Of a stretch of 34,278 nucleotides of DNA, positions 9,466 to 20,499 are shown in pieces. Origin of the DNA: Ginkgo biloba (lineage: Eukaryota; Plantae; Ginkgophyta); contig JANKJI020000002.1 in assembly GCA_024626585.2 (NCBI GenBank), positions 29,677,708 to 29,711,985 on the forward strand, in the 5' to 3' direction. The stretch's first letter is position 1. Each line of letters starts with the position of its first letter. The position numbers and the translations under genes were made by a program. Below the pieces are notes generated by a model that made no database searches, was not told the origin of the DNA, and worked only from the letters and a program-made list of their open reading frames with translations.

Positions 9466-9913
9466 ATGTTCATTTATTTTTATAGTATTCATTCACCTCC
9501 ACATTGTTCATTTTTTTCATGAATTTTCGGTAGNNNNNNNNNNNNNNNNNNNNNNNNNNNNNNNNNNNNNNNNNNNNNNNNNNNNNNNNNNNNNNNNNNN
9601 NNNNNNNNNNNNNNNNNNNNNNNNNNNNNNNNNNNNNNNNNNNNNNNNNNNNNNNNNNNNNNNNNNNNNNNNNNNNNNNNNNNNNNNNNNNNNNNNNNNN
9701 NNNNNNNNNNNNNNNNNNNNNNNNNNNNNNNNNNNNNNNNNNNNNNNNNNNNNNNNNNNNNNNNNNNNNNNNNNNNNNNNNNNNNNNNNNNNNNNNNNNN
9801 NNNNNNNNNNNNNNNNNNNNNNNNNNNNNNNNNNNNNNNNNNNNNNNNNNNNNNNNNNNNNNNNNNNNNNNNNNNNNNNNNNNNNNNNNNNNNNNNNNNN
9901 NNNNNNNNNNNNC

Positions 9914-10954
9914 CATTGATCTATTGAAAGAGAAAAAAATCAATATCTTAAATTGGTCAAGGAATAAATATAAATCTTTGTCCATCACAATGTTATCCTA
10001 GTTTGTAAAAATAAATTCATCCATAAAGGCATGATATTCTTTTCAATGACTTTTCCTTGCATCATAAAGATTAGAACATGTTTTGATTCTTTTCGAAAGT
10101 ATCCAAGATAATATTCATTAAATCTCTCCTAGATGTTTCTCTCCTTATATGTACAAAGGGGAATACCAAATGTATTAACTAATTATAGATAAGACTCTTC
10201 ATAGATTAGTTATTTCCTAAGCTAGAATATTATTACATTACCCCTAGCATGTGATATGATTTTAAGACTTGGGATATAGATACTTTAATATTATCAAGGG
10301 GAAAGATAAGAGTTTATAAGGAGATCCTCTTCTAAGAGTTTTTATAAAGCAACTTGCCTTCTACATTTTTGTCTTTTATTAACATTTTATAGCTTTTGTT
10401 ATAATTTGAGGCTCTTAAAAATAATTTGAAGCATGAGGATATACTTTACCTATATAGGTCTATAATCCTAAAAATACCTTTTCCTTTGGAAAAGAAGGAA
10501 GTTACCCACTTCATTTTATAGAAGAATTTATTAGAATAATTCCATAGGAATGCCCTTATTAATTAAGAAAGTTTATCATGAGTAGCTTTGGAGGGGGTAT
10601 AGCATTGAGTAGCATACACGATTAGAAATTAAAACCTTGGTGATAATTTGATATTTGATAGGAAAAATCAATTGGAATGTGGCCTAAAAATCCAACTCCT
10701 TTTCAAATTTATCTATCATATACTATCACATATCTACAATGAGGCCTCAAAGCTAAAGAAAATCCTTAAGAACTTGTATATTTCTCCTAGTTTCTTATAT
10801 TCTTAACCATAATATTTTGCCTAATATGGGATGTATTTTTCAATAATCAAGAGTTATTTTTCCATTAAATACTTTATGCAGGGATCATAAAAGGTTTAAA
10901 TACAAGATTTAGTATGTGTTACATCAATATTCTTATCTTTAATGGTAAAAAAAT
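9914..10954 (-). mobile_element. Highly decayed Gypsy pol fragment (RNase H region, possibly Tat lineage)
   Basis: Faint minus-strand remnants (NLVFKPFMI, YKFLRIF, and an additional RNase H-like stretch near 10300-10500), with many stops. Confidence 0.4.
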
Positions 10955-11042
10955 NNNNNNNNNNNNNNNNNNNNNNNNNNNNNNNNNNNNNNNNNNNNNN
11001 NNNNNNNNNNNNNNNNNNNNNNNNNNNNATGTATAGCGGGAG

Positions 11043-11520
11043 TGTTAGAATATGTAATGTTAGTTGAGGTCACATTAGTCACTTTAAGTTATATTCATCA
11101 AGTTAGTCACATTCAATCACATTAATTGTTAGTCACATGATGTTAGTGTGAGTTAAAGTTAAAGTGGTCACATGGTCTAGGGAAAGTTAGAATATTGTAA
11201 TATGTGAATTAGTGTAAACATATATGTCAAATAGGGAGCATATTAGTTACAAATTAGATTATATTAGTTACTTGCAAGAGTGTACGTTATGAATGTTTTG
11301 TACTCTATATTTACCTTATNNNNNNNNNNNNNNNNNNNNNNNNNNNNNNNNNNNNNNNNNNNNNNNNNNNNNNNNNNNNNNNNNNNNNNNNNNNNNNNNN
11401 NNNNNNNNNNNNNNNNNNNNNNNNNNNNNNNNNNNNNNNNNNNNNNNNNNNNNNNNNNNNNNNNNNNNNNNNNNNNNNNNNNNNNNNNNNNNNNNNNCTA
11501 TGCACTCTAATTTTTTATCA
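11043..11520 (+). repeat. LTR copy 1 (TG...CA)
   Basis: Starts TGTTAGAA and ends ...TATCA, immediately followed by PBS TGGTATCAAAG. The first ~180 nt align closely with 17725 onward, including an identical run CACATTAATTGTTAGTCACATGATGTTAGTGTGAGTTAAAGTTAAAGTGGT. Confidence 0.9.
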
Positions 11521-11531
11521 TGGTATCAAAG
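11521..11531 (+). other. tRNA-iMet primer-binding site (1 mismatch)
   Basis: TGGTATCAAAG directly after the terminal CA of the LTR. Confidence 0.85.
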
Positions 11532-14500
11532 TTGTATGGTTGAAGTATTTTGCAAGGTTATAGTTATGGAGTTGTATATCTATTTTGAGTAGTTTATTTG
11601 AAGTTGTTCTCCATGTGAGAAAGTTATTGAGAAGATTTTTGTTTGAAAAACCAAGCCAAGATTTATTTGTTCCAAACTGCATAAAGTAATGATTAGGAAT
11701 CCTGTTGAGGTGAATCTATTATATAGAGTAGAAGAAGATAATTTTATAGATGGGGTTTTAGTGAGGAAAAATATTAATAATTAGTGGTGAGTGAAACCCA
11801 ACCAAGTTTTAATTTTATGGTTAATTAAATGGAGGGTGAAGTGGGGAGTAATGTGATGCCTTCCAACATTGTAGAGAAGAATACAAGCTTGAAGGATTAT
11901 GGAAAATACTTGAGTCCTTTTAAGAATTCAACAATTGATGATGATATTTTAGATATATATCATAAGAAGGAGATATTTTATGTGGCCATGATTGAGGATA
12001 AACATATGGATGGGCTAAATAACCTTATATATAATCATCATATGGATGGAATTGACATATTTATGGAGGTGATAGGCTAAGTCACATTTGGAGAGTTTGA
12101 GAATGTTTACAACATGTTATAGACAGAGGAACATATAGATTCCTTGTTGATAATAGAGGAAATCACTATCCAAGTTTAATAGGAAAAATGATGAAGGATT
12201 TGATACAATTGTCTATGGATGAAAGCATTAGTGATGAGAAAAAAACACTAAAAGAGATTTTGGAATAGGTCCTTGAAGGGGAGTGATAATAGTAGGAAAA
12301 TAACAATAGCAAGTTCTTGGTGAAGTCGAATGAAATGGTCATCTAAAGATGATACTAGGACCATAAAAGAAGAATTCAAGGAGTTGGATGAGAAAAAATT
12401 GAGAGTTCAAAGAAGAGCATAAGTAGGAGTTCATGTCAATATTTCCAAGCATGGGAGGATGGTGCAAGGGAATCCATAAAATAATTTTACCTATGCATTC
12501 ATTATATTCACTACCGTCCTTAGTCTTTAAGGGTTATCTATTATCACCCTTTTTAGCACTTTCTTCCACATAAGTTACCCTTGTGGAAGTTTTCAACTTA
12601 AACCCTATGTGCATCCATTATGCTACATACAACCCTTTTATATAAAGCTAAAAGGGGTATTTTCTAATACTGATCCTATATAACATTTATTTTTTTCTCC
12701 TTTCCATTTTGGGGGAGGAAGGAGGGTACAACACTTTTAAATTATTGATGATCATCAATAAGAATGAATCATTTTATCTCCATGTTAAATTAGGTTTTAT
12801 GAAATATTCTTCTAATTTCTTTATGCATTGATGTACATGAAGGAATCTATTGTAAATAACTAATCCCCATGATATTTCCTTCAATATGTTTTTNNNNNNN
12901 NNNNNNNNNNNNNNNNNNNNNNNNNNNNNNNNNNNNNNNNNNNNNNNNNNNNNNNNNNNNNNNNNNNNNNNNNNNNNNNNNNNNNNNNNNNNNNNNNNNN
13001 NNNNNNNNNNNNNNNNNNNNNNNNNNNNNNNNNNNNNNNNNNNNNNNNNNNNNNNNNNNNNNNNNNNNNNNNNNNNNNNNNNNNNNNNNNNNNNNNNNNN
13101 NNNNNNNNNNNNNNNNNNNNNNNNNNNNNNNNNNNNNNNNNNNNNNNNNNNNNNNNNNNNNNNNNNNNNNNNNNNNNNNNNNNNNNNNNNNNNNNNNNNN
13201 NNNNNNNNNNNNNNNNNNNNNNNNNNNNNNNNNNNNNNNNNNNNNNNNNNNNNNNNNNNNNNNNNNNNNNNNNNNNNNNNNNNNNNNNNNNNNNNNNNNN
13301 NNNNNNNNNNNTCTAAGTTAAAAACTTAGAATTTGGGTGTTATTTTAGGCTTTTTTGGGCTATCTCCTTTTTGGTAAGGATGAGATAAGTTAGGGATTTT
13401 CTAAGATAATAACCCATGAAAGGATCTTGTGATTACATACGCAGAGAGGAAGAGAGATAAACAATGAGTAGTTTAAGAGTTCATCTAGTTGTATTTTAGG
13501 ATTTTTCCTCCAAAAAGGAGGTTTTATAATTCTTTAAACCATCCCCTATTGGGGGAATTTGCAATAAAATGGAAAAATTAGAATTATGATTTCCTATGAA
13601 AAATTTACTTTTACTTTCCCTATGGTGAAAAAATATCATTCTTTCACTTGTATACACCTAATCAATGTTAGAATGATAGTTCCACACTTTGGATGTGTCA
13701 CTATCAAATCCTATGGTGTGGAAATCCTATTGTTTATTTTTGTAGATTGCAATAGGTGTATGAAAATTCATGAGAGTTTTCATAAAAGGTTATTTGATAA
13801 GATCTAATGGTTGTGAAATCTTGTCATTTATCATATCCTATGGTTGTTGAGCCAATGGTAGTGAAATTCTATTATTTTTTAGTCTATCAGGTTGTTTGCC
13901 AAAAATTATAAAGTTTTTTATGTGATTATAATACTGTGAATGAGATGATTTTGCCACATGCTTTTTAAACCAAAAAAAAAAGTTATGAGATTGTTCTATG
14001 TGTGACAAATATGAGATTGTTAAATGTTATATTGTTGTTGTAAAATATATTATAGATAAGTTATAATTGAAAAAAGGAGAGAAACAGTAGAGAAGTAGAT
14101 AAGGGAGTAGTAGAGAAAAATGAGCATGTGAGACTGTTATTGAGAAGAGAAGCAATAAGAGAGAGTGAAATAGTAGAAAGGGAAGTAGCAGAGGAGTAGA
14201 AAATGATAGAGTAGAAGGAAACTATAGAAGCAAGAGAAATTCAAGTTGGAGAATGCAATATAGAGATGGGAACGACATAAAGGTTGTGAGAAAATAAGGA
14301 TGAATCCCAATGTACAAGATCTTGAAGAAATTCCTAAGAATGAAATGAAAGTTAGGAGCATGAAGAAGAAGAGAATGAACCCTCGACAGAGGAAGAAAAT
14401 AATGTGAAGTTGTGAACTATGAGGAGAAATCGTCGGTGGAGGAGCATGAAGGAAGAATGAATGCCAGTAGATATAGAGAAATGCAATAAACCAGGTTGAA

Positions 14501-14778
14501 GATGGAGTTAGTAGACATGACAAACTGCATTGAGGAGTTACAGAGATTGGCATACCAAAGGCAGTAGCCACATTATAGGTAGCAACGCATCGGAAAATGA
14601 ATGGAAAAAATAGTGAAAAACTTGGATTTTTTCTCATGATTTGTGTTGATTCTTCCAAAACTCAAAATTTTGGGTAGCAAAATGGTGATGAACAAACTGA
14701 ATTCTTCTCACTGTTTGTCGTTGTTCAGCATGCACTCCAAGAAAAAAATCATACAATTGACTATACTCTATCCAGAAT

Positions 14779-15278
14779 AGGCCATACTCCTTCACACAAG
14801 GATGTACACCTCTAAAAAACTCAAAAAACTTGTGACAGTAGATCAAATTCGCCTTTCTCAGGCCGAATTTCTCCAAACCAAGGCTGTATAGGCCGTACAT
14901 TGTACCTATGGTCGCACTTCTCCCTGTACAGGCCGTACACCACTGTGTAGGCTGTATTTATCCACAAACCGGCCATATTTTTCCAATCTGGCTGTACTTT
15001 TAGAATCTAGAATTTACTGTGTAGGTTGAATTTATGCAAGCAATATTCCCTCAAAATCTATGCAGGTCGTACTTGCAGGCCGTAATAAATGCTCATAGGC
15101 GGTACTTAATGCACTCAACCAAAAATTTCAAGATTCTAGATATTCTGAAATTCTTCACTTGTGCAGGTTGTACCCTTCTTAAATGCAAGTCGTACTCCTC
15201 TGAAATCTGCTCCTGGGCCGTACTTGCAAGCCTACAAGATTTCAGCAAGTTGAATTTGTCCAAATCTGGGCCGTACTT
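14779..15278 (+). repeat. Irregularly spaced array of the short motif (A/G)GGCCGTAC
   Basis: About 15 same-orientation exact or C>T/G>A-decayed copies, e.g. at 14890, 14930, 14949, 14989, 15064, 15077, 15097, 15165, 15187, 15215 and 15268. Confidence 0.85.
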
Positions 15279-17724
15279 CTCCTCAGTCCACACGTCTGCC
15301 CTAGAAATGGCGCCCTACCCAAGAACTGATCTTTGGCGGCTCAAATTTCAATGCAAACAATGTTTGGGCGCCACAAATCCCAAGAAATTGTTCTTGGATT
15401 CTGTACACCTTTAGGAAGTTCGAATTTTTCCACTAGAAATTTAAGTAAATGAGAGTGNNNNNNNNNNNNNNNNNNNNNNNNNNNNNNNNNNNNNNNNNNN
15501 NNNNNNNNNNNNNNNNNNNNNNNNNNNNNNNNNNNNNNNNNNNNNNNNNNNNNNNNNCATAGCCGATGTGGAGTAATTGTAGGCGACGATGGAAGAAATT
15601 TAGCTCCCACCTAAAAGAAAAAAATATTTCAAAAATAAACCCTAAGAGAAGATAAATTTAAATGTTTCGTATTTCCTTTTGAGATTTGCCCCTTTCTTTC
15701 TCCTCCATTCTCATTTAAATTTTTTGAAAAACCCATTGTGTTCAAATAAGTAGTTTATTGCACTCTTGTATTCACAAGAGACAACAATGGTTAAGCAATA
15801 AAACGGTTCAGGTACAAGGAGGTCTCAAGTTCAAAATCATCGAGTCATTTTTTTTAAAAGTTTTTTGAAATCCAACTTAGGACGGTCAGATGAAGTGAGG
15901 GTTAAAAGTTAAGAGCCAAGTGATTCTCTCACAGAGATAAGTTAGAAAATGTTTGGCACTGAAAAACTTATCAAATGTAATCAGATTGAGTTAAAAATTG
16001 GCAGGCAAGGAGATTGTTATAAAGACAGTTGAGTGGCATAGATAAGACAAAAAATTGGTGAAAAATTTGTAAGATTTTTAATGAGTGGAAAAGGGCTTAT
16101 GATAAAAATTTCCAAAGAAAATTGAAAAGTTGGCTCCAAAATCAATTAAAATGAAACATGAAATCAAATTGGTTTGAAGGAAAATTTTGCAAGTTTGGAG
16201 AGGTTATAAAAGATAATTGATTGAAGTTGATAACCATTGAAAATGTTATCTTAGGTGGTAGATATTATGGTTTTCTATAGGCATGATTGCATGATTTTAT
16301 AGTTGATTTGTGCATGTTACTATAGGTACAAAAATTACTTTAAGCCATTAGAGAGCTCAAAGATAGGACAATTGAAGAGTCTAAGGTTAAAGGGTCAAGA
16401 GAGACCCCTTAGGTGAATTTAATGGGATAAGTAAGATCCCATAATGAAACAAGAATCTTGTTGGACTTCTAAAAAATTATGATTGCAAGTTTGTGAGTTT
16501 GCAAAATAAGATTTTTTAGTCTAACTTGTTGAGGAAGAGAAAAAAAGAAATATGGGTATACATATATAATTAAATAGTTTAAACTATGGTGAATGGTGGC
16601 ACTATGTGAAAAAATTACTCAAGAAAGAATATGCAATGTAAGCCATTATAAAAGACTATGCTATGCATATTGAGATGTATACTCTATAGATACTAGTGAA
16701 GAATCCTTGTGAAGACAACATTGAATACTTGAAATAATATTTCCCTTAATGAAAAATTGAATTATTTTATATAGTGACTAGAGATGGTATAATATGACAA
16801 GTCTTGTCCTGTAATATAAGGTCCCTTAGATACATTAAATAACTCAAATTTTTCTTGTATTGGTCAAGGGTTGAGTGTAGTTGAAGAGATTATTGATGTC
16901 CTTAGTGAGTTTTGTGTAAAAANNNNNNNNNNNNNNNNNNNNNNNNNNNNNNNNNNNNNNNNNNNNNAGTGTAGGAATTTAGAATGTATGGTATGAATGG
17001 GGGAGTTGGAAAATTCAAGGCTATTACCACTGAAAAAAGGTGGTATATTTAAGATTTCTTGGTGAAGGTTGAGTTGTAGACCATGCTTTTAAAAAGTGTT
17101 TGAATCAGTTATGATGTTGGGTTATGTTTAGAGATGTGTTTTCCATAAAGGATGTGTTTCCCATGAAGGGAAGTGCTACTACATAATTTAGTCTACAAGA
17201 TATTTGCATTATGTCCAAGTCACCACATGTATGACTCAGGATGCATGAATGGAGGTGGCCAAGGTAGCCATAGAGTAGGGATGAGTTAAAACAAAGGTTT
17301 TTAAAATTGAATTTATTTTGATTATAAGCGTTAATAATTTTATGATATTACATGTATCTAGGATATTATATTATAAAATTGGAGAGCACCATGGCTGGTT
17401 ACATAGGTGACTTGGTGGATGGTAATTAGCCCATATGTAATTTTAAATCAATTTCATGGACATGGGATATGTATCATTAATGATGTGATGCATGGTGGTC
17501 TACAAATTTATAAGGATATAAAAATAAAACATTATTAAGGATTAGATTCAAGTAGTTGACTAAGAAACTATGATGATTGAATTATCTTGTAAATGGGTAC
17601 ATTATTGGCTATAATACCCAAAGTGGTAGGCATGACCCATGTTGAGTTATTTGTTTAGGTTGTTGTCATTAAAGGGGTATCTTACATNNNNNNNNNNGCG
17701 ACCCCTAAGTAATATCAAAGGGGA

Positions 17725-18069
17725 TGTTAGAATATATAATATTAGTTGAGGTCATATTAGTCACATTAATTGTTAAGTCAAGTTAGTCACATCAAGTCAC
17801 ATTAATTGTTAGTCACATGATGTTAGTGTGAGTTAAAGTTAAAGTGGTGACATGGTCAAGGGAAAGTTAGAATATTGTAATATATGAATTAGTGTAAATA
17901 TATGTNNNNNNNNNNNNNNNNNNNNNNNNNNNNNNNNNNNNNNNNNNNNNNNNNNNNNNNNNNNNNNNNNNNNNNNNNNNNNNNNNNNNNNNNNNNNNNN
18001 NNNNNNNNNNNNNNNNNNNNNNNNNNNNNNNNNNNNNNNACATTGCACCCCAATCCATCCTCTCTATTA
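17725..18069 (+). repeat. LTR copy 2, preceded by a polypurine tract
   Basis: AAAGGGGA (17717-17724) is followed by TGTTAGAA, a direct repeat of 11043 onward. After the gap, tgcaccccaat...tatta resembles tgcactctaat...tatca of copy 1, so the 3' end is approximate. Confidence 0.85.
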
Positions 18070-20179
18070 TGGTATTTGTAATTAATTATATAGGAGTAAT
18101 TTATAGTTGCATGTATGCTATCTAATGACTATGTTTTCGTGTGAGTAAATGTTGAATCTATAGAGGGTGTGTTGTATAGCCAAAGATCTTGGGAGTGTAA
18201 AATCTATGTGAGAGATTATTATATGAATTCTATTATGCTATTTTGATTTTTTATAGAGCCCAAATTTGATCCTTAACCAAGATATCATCCAACATGTCTT
18301 TAGCTAATCGACCTCCACTCTTTCAATTTTATGATTTCACACTTTCTTCCCTTGCTACCTAGAGAACATTATTGTAACTAGAATTTTATGTGCTCAACAT
18401 GAGAAATTTAATATAATTGGATGTAATTATGATACACATGTGAATTAAAGTGCACATATTTGATATAAAATATAAAAATCAATTTTGTATATGGTGAAAT
18501 AATAAAAAAAAAAAAAAAAAGGGGGCAAGTGGAATTCAAATTGAGAGAGAATTCAAATATTTGTTAGTTGTCCCTTTCTATGACAACTTGAAAGTTTGTT
18601 AGAATCTTATAGATTTTTTTAGGATTTGTTGCAACTTGCATAGCTATAGTATAGGATACATTTTAAGGGAGATAACAAAGAGTTTTCTTGATATTTAGAT
18701 AGTCTTGAGAGATCTGTTTGAAGAAGCTTATGGAGGAAATTTAGGGAGGACTTTGAGAGTTTACNNNNNNNNNNNNNNNNNNNGATCCTTTGTAGCTCAC
18801 TATGAAGAGATATTTGTGCCCAAGAATTGCCCAACTTTTTGCCTAATAGAGGGATTTGATACATGGTCTTCTACAAATTTTATAACTATGCTTATTTTTG
18901 TTGAGTATAAAGACTATATGGTGTTGTAATTGTAAATCCTAATAAAAAATAATTCTCTCGCAATATGGTTATGATCTGTGTTCTTGAATAGATACTAGTA
19001 GAGGCCACAATGACATGCTTTTATGTAATAATGTGTAAGTATATGCAATGTCTTAGCAATGCAAATGATCCTTCATACCCTTTCCATGAGGTTTGGAGCT
19101 AATGGAGATTATACCGTGCTAAACTGTTAAGTTAATTCATTAGAATTTTATGCTCTTTGTCAAATTTCAATGATCTATTATAAGACAATTTTTGGGTACA
19201 AGTGTTCTAAATATTCTTATTCCAAATTATTTTGGCCCTCTATGAAATGCTAATTTGTAAGAATTCATGGCTCAATGTTTTGTGTAATAAATTTATAAAA
19301 AGATCACGACTTAATATTGGTGTTAGGCGGTTACTAAATTCCAAAGTAATTGGACTCCATCACCTTATGCCATTGATCTATAGAGACCAATTTATTTTGG
19401 TCAGGTCCATAAATGGCATGGATAAATGTTTGGAATAGGCATTTACCTTTTTGGTCACTTATATTCTGAACATTGATCTTTTTATGGCACTAGTAGGATG
19501 CTCCCTCAAGAGGCTTTATATGTCCCATAAGGATTGGTTCAAAGTAGTGATGACTTCTCTCCTTTGGTTGAGAAATCAAAGCACACGATTCATCTTTAGA
19601 TGAGAGCATATGTTGCGGGATGCTAAGAGTGCCTCAATATTGGAGGACTGAGCTTCAATATTGATAGGACTCAATATCTCATTTATAAATGACCTTTTTC
19701 CTTATAGCATATGAATGGATTCATCTCCCTAGCAACAGGTTGGTGTGGATTTGATTCCCTATTATAGTTTGAGCTTCATAACTCCTCTTAAGTCATGGAT
19801 TCTCTCCNNNNNNNNNNNNNNNNNNNNNNNNNNNNNNNNNNNNNNNNNNNNNNNNNNNNNNNNNNNNNNNNNNNNNNNNNNNNNNNNNNNNNNNNNNNNN
19901 NNNNNNNACTTTGCATTGATTTAATATTTACTAAATAAGTAGTTAGGTGATAAGATTGGACTGTTACATAAAAGTTGGTTGCCAATTTTTCCTTCATGCT
20001 TCTTTTCATTGGCAATTATTAATGAGGTCGGATTCTTACCTAAACAAACTTGACAATCTGAAACCCTCTTTTGGAGTGATGCTAGTCCTCTTGTTGCATT
20101 CAATTTTGTGTCGTGGATAATTGTTCTTTAAGCATGTTGACAACATCTATTGATTGCTCATGATGGTCTTTTACTAATG

Positions 20180-20460
20180 TAGCTTTTGTATCTGATGAAA
20201 GATAGCTTTTAATTTTTGGAGGTTCATAGTTGCACCCTTTTCCAAATGACTTCATAATCATAGTTGTGTCATACCAACTACAAGTACAAACATTTTGTGT
20301 CATTGACCTTGTTTAACCATGGCAAGCCCGATAAATCTCCTTCTAGTCATTTGGTTACGACTTCAACGCATTGGTTCGAGGTGATTCGACAAGCTCATTG
20401 TGAGGGACATTATTATGCATAAGGGTCTCTAATTTTGTCTCAACAATGAGGGATTTGAGC
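20180..20460 (-). mobile_element. Possible MULE transposase SWIM zinc-finger remnant
   Basis: Minus strand MTQNVCTCSWYDTTMIM resembles the start of SWIM (CxC..W....CxH), but the second half is missing. Confidence 0.35.
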
Positions 20461-20499
20461 ATGATCCTATAAATCCATGTACATGTATATAATTTATAT

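Larger units (their letters stand above)
11043..18069 (+). mobile_element. LTR retrotransposon bounded by the two LTR copies, with decayed and probably nested internal sequence
   Basis: LTR-PBS...PPT-LTR order. Gag-like remnants are visible at about 16540-17250 (GEWWHYVKKLLKKEY, and a frameshifted CX2CX4HX4C-like knuckle near 17200-17245). No RT or integrase was recognised, and no TSD was found. Confidence 0.65.

Noticed and set aside
12509-12733. CACTAC as a CACTA terminus, and GGAGGGTACAACA as an LTR end
   Set aside because: No partner terminus or TSD was found, so these are suggestive only.
14137-14658. 173-aa hydrophobic minus-strand ORF resembling a membrane protein
   Set aside because: It is a by-product of a purine-rich plus strand (F/L/S-rich antisense), shows no recognisable domain and lies inside TE space.
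14779-15278. CRISPR-like repeat-spacer array
   Set aside because: The repeats are only about 9 nt and irregularly spaced, the context is eukaryotic and there are no cas genes.
18620-19800. Possible additional LINE endonuclease relic on the minus strand
   Set aside because: The motifs are too degraded to support a call by eye.
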